This document shows, one piece after another, positions 18,884 to 26,813 of a DNA stretch of 32,231 nucleotides. This stretch comes from an uncultured Eggerthellaceae bacterium. GTDB taxonomy: Bacteria > Actinomycetota > Coriobacteriia > Coriobacteriales > Eggerthellaceae. The notes under the pieces are model-generated. The model was not told the DNA's origin and ran no database searches. It was given only the letters and a program-made list of their open reading frames with translations. The number at the start of each line of letters is the position of its first letter. The first letter of the stretch is position 1. The DNA is taken from contig CAYPKC010000002.1 of NCBI GenBank assembly GCA_964411215.1, positions 2,099-34,329 on the forward strand, in the 5' to 3' direction. Made by a program: the position numbers and the translations under genes.

Positions 18884-19543
18884 TTATACCTGAGGGCTCT
18901 CCTCAAACGCGCTTGCAAAGTGAGCAACCAGCGCCGCTCCTGTTGGCGTGCACAGCTCGCCTTCAACATCCCCTGGTTGGTGGGGAAGGTTCTCTAAAAT
19001 GTTGGCTGTTGCCGGGGCAGGAATAGGAAGTCTGCCATGAGCGCATTCCACGAAACCGTAGCCACAGGTAAGAGGGGTGGCCGTGATGCTTTGAGGCGCG
19101 AGTTGCTCGATGAGCATGCACGTTGCGACAATGTAGCCAAGCGCAAACGTGTTGCCAACTTCATGAAAATGCACGGTATCGGGTGTTGTGTTGTGCGCTT
19201 TTGCCTCTGCGCGTGCAAGGATGTCATAGACCGCACAGGCATCCTTTTTGACCTGGTCGCTCACGTGTAAGGTGCAGATGGTATCTTCAACCTCTTTGCG
19301 TGCATGGTGCTCATGCGCGGGCGCGGCATAGTCGCTTTCAGTGAGTCCGTCTTTTGTTATCTGGAAGGCGGCGTGCGGCGTGTCTCTGTGATAGACCAGT
19401 TCTGCCCGCGCCCCTGGAAGTCCAGCAGCATTAAAACGGTCTACAAAGCTCTCTGCTTCTTCGGGAGAAAGAAGATCGCATAATTGGTTTGCAATCGAAT
19501 CTTTGCGCGCACCGTTTTCGCAATCAAGGATTAACTTTTCCAT
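18884..19543 (-). CDS. larC: LarC-family nickel insertion protein, N-terminal domain only
   Basis: 219 aa. Has the LarC/DUF111 N-domain features LILDC.., a short His-rich patch (PAHEHHA), VHFHEVGN, CAHGRLPIPAPAT and GELCTPTGAAL. It ends where the LarC2/CTP-binding domain would begin. ATG 19543 directly abuts the larB stop (TAAATG). Confidence 0.7.
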   Translation of the reverse strand: MEKLILDCENGARKDSIANQLCDLLSPEEAESFVDRFNAAGLPGARAELVYHRDTPHAAFQITKDGLTESDYAAPAHEHHARKEVEDTICTLHVSDQVKKDACAVYDILARAEAKAHNTTPDTVHFHEVGNTFALGYIVATCMLIEQLAPQSITATPLTCGYGFVECAHGRLPIPAPATANILENLPHQPGDVEGELCTPTGAALVAHFASAFEESPQV

Positions 19544-20284
19544 TTATACACATCCTGTATGGTTGATTTTGCTTGCGAGGACGCCGGCGCCAAAGCCGTT
19601 GTCGATATTGACAACGCACACGCCGCTTGCGCACGAGTTCAGCATCGAAAGCAAGGCAGCAACACCTCCAAATGATGCGCCGTAGCCCACGCTTGTGGGA
19701 ACAGCAATGACTGGGCACGATGCCATGCCGCCAACAATGCTCGCGAGCGCACCTTCCATACCCGCAACAGCGATCACTACCGACGCGTCAACGATATCAT
19801 CGAGATGCGCAAGCGTGCGATGCACTCCCGCAACGCCCACATCATAGACGCGCTTCACCGCATTACCCATCATCTCAGCCGTCAGGGCCGCTTCTTCTGC
19901 AACAGGAATATCGCTGGTACCGCCAGTCATCACAAGCACGGTTCCCACGCCCGTTGGCTCAGGTATGGTTCCCACCATACCGATACGCGCATGGTCGTGA
20001 TATTCAAGGCTTACCACTGATTCGATCAGGCGCGCCTTTTCCTTGGAGAGACGCGTAACCAACACCCTCTCCTGACCTTCCGCGATCATCGCTTCAAGAA
20101 TGCCCGTGATTTGTTCAGCGCTTTTGCCTTCGCCATAAATAACCTCGGAAGCTCCTTGGCGAACTTTGCGATGCAAATCAACGTTGGCATATCCAAGATC
20201 GACAAATGGTTTAACTTTCAACGCATGCTCGGCGTCTTCAATAGATATTTCTCCCGCGCGCAATTGTTCGAGAATCTCTCTCAT
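19544..20284 (-). CDS. larB: Nickel-pincer cofactor biosynthesis protein LarB (pyridinium-3,5-biscarboxylic acid mononucleotide synthase, PurE-like)
   Basis: 246 aa. The N-terminal segment LGYANVDLHRKVRQGASEVIYGEGK and the PurE-like core VMTGGTSDIPVAEEA...VIAVAGMEGALASIVGG are characteristic of LarB. The start overlaps the larE stop (ATGA). Confidence 0.9.
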   Translation of the reverse strand: MREILEQLRAGEISIEDAEHALKVKPFVDLGYANVDLHRKVRQGASEVIYGEGKSAEQITGILEAMIAEGQERVLVTRLSKEKARLIESVVSLEYHDHARIGMVGTIPEPTGVGTVLVMTGGTSDIPVAEEAALTAEMMGNAVKRVYDVGVAGVHRTLAHLDDIVDASVVIAVAGMEGALASIVGGMASCPVIAVPTSVGYGASFGGVAALLSMLNSCASGVCVVNIDNGFGAGVLASKINHTGCV

Positions 20285-21141
20285 CTTGTCTGTCCCCTTT
20301 TATATCCTTCGATATCAAGTGTGATATACGTAAGTCCCAAATGCTTCAATGCCTCAGCAATCGCTGTACGCGTATCACCTGCCATAAACTGCGGTATGTC
20401 CGTTTCGTCGAGTTCTATACGCGCAATATCGCCGTGATGCCGCACGCGAACGTGGTGAAAGCCCCACTCATGCAACACGTCTTCTGCCTGTTCAATGGTA
20501 CGCAGCTTGTCTTCTGTGATCTTACTGTGCGTTGGAATGCGCGTCGCCAAACAGGCATACGCAGGTTTATCCCACGTTATAAGCCCTCTTTGACGCGACA
20601 GTGCGCGAATATCTTCCTTCGTCAATCCTACCTCGCGCAAAGGGCTTTTCACTCCAAGCTCTGTCAGCGCTTTCATGCCAGGGCGATAATCGTGTTCGTC
20701 GTCTTTATTCGTTCCATCAACAACAAGCGCTTTTTCCGCTTGGCATCCGCAAATGCTGCGACTCAATGCGTAAGCATCAGCCGTCTTTACAATCTCTTTG
20801 AAGAGCTTCAGCTTGCATACATAGCATCGCTCATCATTATTTTCAGCAATCTCGGGATCTTCTAAGACATCAACGGCAACTTCTATCAAATGCACGCCCA
20901 TCTCACGGGCAAGGCTGCGCGCTTCTTCAATCTCAGAAGCAGGAATAAACGGAGATACCACCATAATGGCGCATGCGTGTGAGCCGCACACATCATGTGC
21001 CACTGAGAGTAAAAAGGTCGAATCCACTCCTCCTGAGAAGGCAACAGCGACATAGGCATTTTGCCCATACTGGCGAAGCATCGCCTCAAGGTTCTGCAGT
21101 TTTTGCTCTCGCTCTTGCTTACACATTTCCAAGATAGACAT
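20281..21141 (-). CDS. larE: LarE-type ATP-dependent sulfur transferase (PP-loop ATP pyrophosphatase)
   Basis: PP-loop AFSGGVDSTF; CxxC (RCYVCK) and ACLATR Cys; C-terminal HHVRVRHHGDIARIE. The start is ambiguous (ATG 21141 or 21126), and both overlap the upstream radical SAM stop. The 349-aa ORF-track version adds an implausible antisense-derived leader. Confidence 0.87.
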   Translation of the reverse strand: MSILEMCKQEREQKLQNLEAMLRQYGQNAYVAVAFSGGVDSTFLLSVAHDVCGSHACAIMVVSPFIPASEIEEARSLAREMGVHLIEVAVDVLEDPEIAENNDERCYVCKLKLFKEIVKTADAYALSRSICGCQAEKALVVDGTNKDDEHDYRPGMKALTELGVKSPLREVGLTKEDIRALSRQRGLITWDKPAYACLATRIPTHSKITEDKLRTIEQAEDVLHEWGFHHVRVRHHGDIARIELDETDIPQFMAGDTRTAIAEALKHLGLTYITLDIEGYKRGQTR

Positions 21142-21982
21142 ACTCCAAATAACGCCGCGCAATGTCTTCAAAGTCCCTGAGAAGTTGCACGTCTGTTGGA
21201 TTACTATCAAGCATTTTATACTGCGGGAAGAACCGCGAAAGATGCAACGGCAGAGAAGTATCAAGAGAAGCAAGCCACCTGCACTCTTCTTCGAACTGCA
21301 CTGGATCGTCAGAAAGTCCCGGCACCACAAGCGTTGTCACTTCCACATGAATGCCCGCCTCTTGTGCCTCCGCGATGGTGTGCTTGACTACGCCAAGCCC
21401 GCCCGGCGCACCAACCGTTTCGTATCCTTTTTCGGAAAAGCACTTCAAGTCGATATTCATCGCATCAATGGATGGAATAAGAGAGGCGAATGTCTTTGGC
21501 GTGATGTATCCATTGGTCACTACCACGCACAAAAGGCCTTCTTCGTGCAGCAAATCTCCTACCGCTTTCAGGTATTCAGGCGCAATAAGCGGTTCATTGT
21601 AGGTCAGTGCGACGCCAATGTTGCCTTGGAACACAAGCTCTTTTGCCTTCTCTACCAGCTCGGTTGGAGAGATATAAACGGCGTGTTCTCCGAGGGCGTC
21701 ACATGCACGCGCCATGGAGATGTCGCTGTTTTGGCAGAAGTTGCAGCGCAAATTGCATCCGTAGCTCCCGTACGACAAAACAAGCGATCCCGGATGAAAG
21801 TGCGCAAGCGGCTTTTTCTCTATCGGATCGAGCGCCAAAGCACATGCTTCGCCAAAGTTCCTACTGACGACCTGACCATCTATGCAGCTCCTTGCCCCAC
21901 ACAGTCCCAGCTCCCCTTCAGCAATGCGGCACGTATGGGGACACACCGTACAAGTTGCCGCGCTTTGAGCACGATCATTCAT
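21119..21982 (-). CDS. AmmeMemoRadiSam-system-type radical SAM enzyme (PflA-like activase family)
   Basis: N-terminal Cys motif CTVCPHTCRIAEGELGLCGAR, then the radical SAM CxxxCxxC motif as CNLRCNFCQN. Length and C-terminal LHLSRFFPQYKM match this family. ATG 21982 overlaps the upstream stop by 8 nt. The alternative TTG at 22006 overlaps by 32 nt. Confidence 0.87.
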   Translation of the reverse strand: MNDRAQSAATCTVCPHTCRIAEGELGLCGARSCIDGQVVSRNFGEACALALDPIEKKPLAHFHPGSLVLSYGSYGCNLRCNFCQNSDISMARACDALGEHAVYISPTELVEKAKELVFQGNIGVALTYNEPLIAPEYLKAVGDLLHEEGLLCVVVTNGYITPKTFASLIPSIDAMNIDLKCFSEKGYETVGAPGGLGVVKHTIAEAQEAGIHVEVTTLVVPGLSDDPVQFEEECRWLASLDTSLPLHLSRFFPQYKMLDSNPTDVQLLRDFEDIARRYLEYVYLGNV

Positions 21983-23453
21983 GGCGAACAACTTCAAACC
22001 GCTCAATGTCTATCGGCATCGACGTATCGTTGGGATCAATGCCTGCTTTCATGCAAGCAATCTTAAACTGCTGATCGACGGTGTCGACCCCTTCGAGGTC
22101 AGGCAACAGAAGCCCCCGCTTAAAACCTTGCGTCACGATAATGCCGTAGCGCTTCGGATCCATGTCATCAAGCGTGGCAGGCTCCGGGGTAAAGAGCACA
22201 TCCACGTTGATGACCAGATTATCAAGCTCGCGTGGCGTGATAGCCGGGAAGCGCGGATCGCGCGTTGAAGCCGAAACAGCATTTGCAATGATCTCTTTTG
22301 CGAGCGAAGACTGGACAGGCTCAATGGTGCCGATGCATCCACGAAGATCGCCCGTGTCTTTCGTGTGTATGGAAACGAAACATCCCGCACGCGCCGGCTC
22401 GTCATCTCCTAATTGAGGCGCTTCAGGAACCGCGCCCGAGGTGACATAATCTTCCACCGTCTCATAGGCCAAGGCTACGAGGGGGTCTTGCGTTTTCTGG
22501 TCCGGTTCAGGAGAGATTTCTGCGGCGATCGGCTCCTGCGCACGAGCGCCTGCGGCGTTTGTTGAAGGTGCGACAGCTTGCGCTTGCGCCTGTCTCTGTG
22601 CTTTTGTCTGCACCCCACCGTCCTCATCAACATCGGCTTCAAAAGTCGCAACGCCATAGCCCACGCCAAACGGGCCTTCGTAGGAAATAAGTTCGCTTTG
22701 GTACGTGACGCCGCTATCTGAAGATGCCTGCTTCAGGGCTCCCGCCATCATGATGAAGCCTGAAAGGCCGCACTCAGCAGCATTTTCGCAAACCTGCGTA
22801 TCGAGTTCTGCAAATTTGGAGGGATCCCCGGATTGAACGACATCGACAAAGGCCTTGTCGAAAACAGGGCCTGCCGGATCAAACCCATAAGGTCCCTCTT
22901 CCTTCAACTTATGCGACAGGTCGCCACTGACGAGCAGCACGCATTTTCTGCCGCACTCCTTTGCCGCCTTCGCAATGGCAGCGCCAAAGGCAAGAAGCTG
23001 ATTTCGCGGAAGACCCGCTCCGCCAATCGAAATTGCTTTATAAGCCTGCGCCGGATACACCTTGTCAATGTAGTACAGCGGCACCATCATGCCATGGTCA
23101 AGGGGGCGCGCTTGGGTGTCAATAATGCCTGCAGGAATGCCTTCCTTATGGGCAATTTCATTGAGCGCCTGGCGCATCTCTTCGTCATATTCGATCGTGA
23201 GCTGAACTTGCGGCGCATGGAACTGGGCAAGGTTTCCCGTTGCTTTATCCCCTCCTGCCACAAAAATCCAATCGGCATAATAGGCTGTATGCGGGCTAAT
23301 AATGATGATCGTTTCTGGCGCAATTTCCGCTATGCGCTTGGCTACATGTTCGTATCCCTGCAGCGTAGCTTGGATTTTCATCTCTTCGCCATGGCCAACT
23401 TCGGGCACGGCAAGAGGTGGATGCGGAACGATAAAGGCACTTACTAACGACAT
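21975..23453 (-). CDS. Fusion: class III extradiol dioxygenase (LigB/Memo-superfamily) domain + AMMECR1 domain
   Basis: The N-domain has FIVPHPP, IIISPH and SGDLSHK motifs. A low-complexity Q/A/P linker follows (QTKAQRQAQAQAVAPSTNAAGARAQEP...). The C-domain has the AMMECR1 signature GCFVSIH...LRGCIGTIEP...RDPRFP. ATG 23453 follows AGGAGGAAAC. Confidence 0.85.
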   Translation of the reverse strand: MSLVSAFIVPHPPLAVPEVGHGEEMKIQATLQGYEHVAKRIAEIAPETIIIISPHTAYYADWIFVAGGDKATGNLAQFHAPQVQLTIEYDEEMRQALNEIAHKEGIPAGIIDTQARPLDHGMMVPLYYIDKVYPAQAYKAISIGGAGLPRNQLLAFGAAIAKAAKECGRKCVLLVSGDLSHKLKEEGPYGFDPAGPVFDKAFVDVVQSGDPSKFAELDTQVCENAAECGLSGFIMMAGALKQASSDSGVTYQSELISYEGPFGVGYGVATFEADVDEDGGVQTKAQRQAQAQAVAPSTNAAGARAQEPIAAEISPEPDQKTQDPLVALAYETVEDYVTSGAVPEAPQLGDDEPARAGCFVSIHTKDTGDLRGCIGTIEPVQSSLAKEIIANAVSASTRDPRFPAITPRELDNLVINVDVLFTPEPATLDDMDPKRYGIIVTQGFKRGLLLPDLEGVDTVDQQFKIACMKAGIDPNDTSMPIDIERFEVVRHE

Positions 23454-23656
23454 GTTTCCTCCTATCAAACATGAGGCACACAGCATCTGAAATCCATTTG
23501 TGTGGTTTTTACAAAGGTGGCAGCATCTGCGTATTCATATGCTGAATTTGTTTGATGTGCAGCTTCTTATAGCTTATTCTCGATATTGCTTTTAGACTAC
23601 GTTGAAACGAATACGTAGAACATGCGTTGACCAGGGTTTAGAAAGGCCGAATAAGA

Positions 23657-24331
23657 ATGAAGTCGATATGTAAGAAAATTGCCATTATGAGTGTTTCAGC
23701 TTTACTGTGCTTCGGCGTCGTTGGTGCACTTGGTTGCAGCTCAGGAGAGGCAAGCGATTCAAGTAAAGCAAGCAGTTCAAGCAGCGCGAGCAGCTCAAAC
23801 AGCTCAAGCGCGCTCACCCAAGCCGCCGATCCCATTGGCACCCATCATGCGGTTATAGAAATCGAAGGCTATGATCCCATCACGGTGGAACTTGACGGCG
23901 ACGTTGCTCCGGTTACGGTCGAGAACTTTATGAAGCTTGCACAAGAAGGCTTTTATGACGGCCTTACGTTCCATCGCATTATGGATGGCTTCATGATGCA
24001 GGGCGGAGATCCCCTTGGCAATGGAACGGGTGGAAGTGATAACGAGATCGTTGGCGAATTTGCTGAAAACGGCTACAAAAACGATATCTCTCACACCCGC
24101 GGCACCATCTCGATGGCGCGCTCGCAAGCTCCTAACAGCGCCTCTTCGCAGTTCTTCATCGTCCAGGACGACTCCACCTTCCTTGATGGACAGTATGCCG
24201 GATTCGGCCGTGTCACCGATGGTATGGAGACGGTAGACCTCATTTGCAAGAGCGCACAGCCTACTGACCAAAACGGCACCATCCCAGCAGCTGAGCAGCC
24301 GATCATCACAACGATCAAGATCATCGACTAA
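23657..24331 (+). CDS. Cyclophilin-type peptidyl-prolyl cis-trans isomerase, lipoprotein
   Basis: Signal peptide with lipobox (VGALGC), a Ser-rich linker, then a cyclophilin core (FHRIMDGFMMQGGDP, GTISMARS..PNSASSQFFI). Confidence 0.92.
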   Translation: MKSICKKIAIMSVSALLCFGVVGALGCSSGEASDSSKASSSSSASSSNSSSALTQAADPIGTHHAVIEIEGYDPITVELDGDVAPVTVENFMKLAQEGFYDGLTFHRIMDGFMMQGGDPLGNGTGGSDNEIVGEFAENGYKNDISHTRGTISMARSQAPNSASSQFFIVQDDSTFLDGQYAGFGRVTDGMETVDLICKSAQPTDQNGTIPAAEQPIITTIKIID

Positions 24332-24432
24332 AGGGCGCGGGTGGCTTGCTCATAAAGAGCACGCCTGCTGGAAAGGTGTTGAAGAGGCCGCCTGTGGATT
24401 ACGCGCACCAGGGCGCGCCTGCTAGCTACACC

Positions 24433-25167
24433 TTAAAGGGCACGCCAGCGCGTCATGCGGCGCTCTGCAAAATCGAAGAGTTCGTACAAGGCGATGCCCA
24501 TAATGGCCATCGCCACAATACCTGCGAACATTTTTGCGTACTCCAAGATCGACCATGAATGCATGATGAAATAGCCCAAGCCGGTTGATCCTGCCATTGA
24601 CTCAGCGATAAACAAGATAGCCACGGCTGACGCGGTTGTGACACGCAACGCCGTAAAGAGCGATGGCAGCGACTCGGGCACAATAACGTCTTTAAGCACG
24701 CGTCCTTTGCTTGCGCCGAAGGAAAGCATGGCTTCAATCGATTCTTTGGGCACGGCATGCGCAGCATCGCGCATCGACACCACCATTTGGAAGAATACCG
24801 CTATGCCGATCAAGATCACTTTGGCTTCTCCGCCGATGCCGAAAAGCACGAACAGAATGGGCAGAAGCACAATCTTCGGCAAAGGGTAGAGAATATACAT
24901 GACGGGAGACAAAATCCTGTCTGCCCAGGCTGATCTTCCCAACAAAAGGCCTAACGGGGCGCCTAAAATAGTTCCGCATGCCATGGCGAGCAGGATTCTT
25001 CCCAGGCTTATGCCGAATTCGGGCATGATCTTTGTGAAGTTGTCGCAGAGTTCTGGAATGGTTGCAAGCGGGGTTGGAAGTGCCGGAGAATCAACAAGAA
25101 GCGCCAGTACCCACCAGAGTACTATGACGATGATCGTCCCTCCTATGTAACCATATACTTTACGCAC
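24433..25167 (-). CDS. ABC transporter permease (NitT/TauT-ThiX-like family)
   Basis: 244 aa with six hydrophobic segments and an EAA-like loop (MRDAAHAVPKESIEAMLSFGASKGRVLKDVIVPESLP). GTG start. Confidence 0.83.
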   Translation of the reverse strand: MRKVYGYIGGTIIVIVLWWVLALLVDSPALPTPLATIPELCDNFTKIMPEFGISLGRILLAMACGTILGAPLGLLLGRSAWADRILSPVMYILYPLPKIVLLPILFVLFGIGGEAKVILIGIAVFFQMVVSMRDAAHAVPKESIEAMLSFGASKGRVLKDVIVPESLPSLFTALRVTTASAVAILFIAESMAGSTGLGYFIMHSWSILEYAKMFAGIVAMAIMGIALYELFDFAERRMTRWRAL

Positions 25168-25225
25168 GTGTTGTTTTGACTATTTCGAAGGTGGCACCAA
25201 ATGACGGATTGCGGCAAGCTCCCAC

Positions 25226-26296
25226 CTATTCCAGCGTGAATATACCGGTCGCCGGGTTGTAGCTTATCGTTTTTCCGCTATAGCCCTTCTCGTTCATCCA
25301 TGCCATAACCGGATCGACAAGGTTTCTCTGAGGATGGGCAAGATTGCCATCGACCAGCGCCATGGGATAGGTGCCGATCGGATACGTTTCGGCAATTGCG
25401 CCATTTAGATTGGCATTTTCGGCAAGAAGCGACACATAGGCTTCCGGGTTGACGTCAATGGCAGCAGCCGCCTCATCCCAGGCTTTCGCTACTGCCATCA
25501 CGCTCTCTTGCTTTTCGGCTGCAAAAGCCTCTGTCGCAACCATCACTGACTGCGACAGGTTCTCTCCAACCGTGTCTACCGCAAGCACTTTAAGGCCATT
25601 TGCCTCCCCTAGCGCGAGAAGGGATCCAGGCAGAGCGGCTGCGGCCAAACTTCCTGATGCCATAAGGCTGTACCGCTCAGGAAGTCCCGCGACTTCCTGC
25701 GTAGGAATGGCGTCTTTAGCAATGCCTTCTTGCTCGCACAGTTTGTCGAAAACGTATTCGGGCACGGTGTTTGCCGCAACTCCCACACCGCCCCCGGCAA
25801 GTTGATTGCTCTCAGCGTAAGCAGCAAGCTCCTTCAACGTTGAATACGGCATATCTGCAGCAGCCATAATGCCGAAGCGGCCTTGTTCAGCCTCGGTACC
25901 TAGCGTCACCCATTCGAGCACCACCGGAGAACCTGCTTCGCACAGTTTGACCGCGCGCATAATGTCAACCATCGCCATATCAACCTCTCCTGCCGAGATA
26001 GCCGCAGAGAGTGCTTGGGCAGAATCGAACGTGATTACCTCAGCATCAATAGCCTGGTCTTCGAAGATATTTTCGGCTTCGGCAACCCAGATAGGCAGAA
26101 TATCTTCGGTCGGCATGGTGCCGATGCGAATCGTCGTGTCAGCTATGGGATTTGTAGCCTCTTGCGCTTGCGACGTATCTTCAGCGCCAGAAGATGCCTG
26201 CATATTTGACGAGCCGCAGGCGACGAGCGTAAGCGAACAGAGAATCATGCATGCAATAGTTGCTATTTTGATAGTGCGGATGCTCAACGTGGCCAT
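25226..26296 (-). CDS. ABC transporter substrate-binding lipoprotein (NMT1/THI5-ThiY-like)
   Basis: Lipoprotein signal (CSLTLVACGSS). The mature part resembles NMT1/SsuA-type binding proteins (IRIGTMPTEDILPIWVA...). Start set to ATG 26296, 7 nt after GAGGAG. The substrate cannot be read from the sequence. Confidence 0.72.
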   Translation of the reverse strand: MATLSIRTIKIATIACMILCSLTLVACGSSNMQASSGAEDTSQAQEATNPIADTTIRIGTMPTEDILPIWVAEAENIFEDQAIDAEVITFDSAQALSAAISAGEVDMAMVDIMRAVKLCEAGSPVVLEWVTLGTEAEQGRFGIMAAADMPYSTLKELAAYAESNQLAGGGVGVAANTVPEYVFDKLCEQEGIAKDAIPTQEVAGLPERYSLMASGSLAAAALPGSLLALGEANGLKVLAVDTVGENLSQSVMVATEAFAAEKQESVMAVAKAWDEAAAAIDVNPEAYVSLLAENANLNGAIAETYPIGTYPMALVDGNLAHPQRNLVDPVMAWMNEKGYSGKTISYNPATGIFTLE

Positions 26297-26450
26297 AAGC
26301 TCGCTCCTCATGTGGTAGTGATAATCCGAAACGCTTGTATGACAGAACGGCAAAAACAATCAACGAAATGAATTATATAGAAACTGCCTGTCGCAAACGG
26401 GCATACGCTCTTGTTATTGGATACAAGCTCTAAAAACAAAGGAGACGGCA

Positions 26451-26759
26451 ATGATAGAGATCATTAACGAAGAAAATTTTGAGAGCAAAGTGCTAGACGC
26501 GTCAGGCTCCATTTTGGTTGAGTTCTTTGCAACATGGTGCCCTCACTGTGAGCGGATGCAACCAATCGTAGACAAACTAGCGCAGCTCGAACAAGGCAAT
26601 GCCACCGTCTATCGTGTTGATATCGATCAATCTCCAAGCCTTGCAAGCAAGTACGCCCCTCAAGGCTTCCCGACGTTTGTTGTCTTTGAAGACGGACGGA
26701 TCGTGAACGAATCAACCGGAGAGACAACCATTGAAAAACTTGAAGAGCTGATCGGTTAG
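26451..26759 (+). CDS. trxA: Thioredoxin
   Basis: 102 aa with active site WCPHC and a GFPT cis-Pro loop. RBS AAGGAGA. Confidence 0.92.
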   Translation: MIEIINEENFESKVLDASGSILVEFFATWCPHCERMQPIVDKLAQLEQGNATVYRVDIDQSPSLASKYAPQGFPTFVVFEDGRIVNESTGETTIEKLEELIG

Positions 26760-26813
26760 AAAAGGTAATGCGCTACAATGAGCGGGACATTACGCTAACT
26801 TTGAGGAGTCGAT

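Noticed and set aside
21142-21330. Upstream extension of larE (349-aa ORF), and similar extensions for ORFs starting at 13197, 6776, 4640, 26359, 3041 and 28710
   Set aside because: These extensions overlap the preceding gene's coding sequence and give implausible leaders. Internal starts with GGAGG-type RBSs match family N-termini.
23481-23544. Repeated CAGCATCTG (23481 and 23521) and a CAGCAT-N12-ATGCTG inverted repeat upstream of the AMMECR1/lar operon
   Set aside because: These are only 6-9 nt matches in a 170-bp divergent promoter region, which is within chance expectation. They are worth revisiting only if the motif recurs upstream of related operons.
23741-23815. AGC/TCA-rich nucleotide repeat
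   Set aside because: This is the coding sequence for the poly-Ser linker (SDSSKASSSSSASSSNSSSA) between the lipobox and the cyclophilin domain. It is an ordinary lipoprotein tether.
24343-24365. Hairpin GGCTTGCTC-ATAAA-GAGCACGCC between the convergent PPIase and permease genes as a terminator
   Set aside because: The stem has a mismatch and there is no U-tract on either strand. That is not enough to call an intrinsic terminator.
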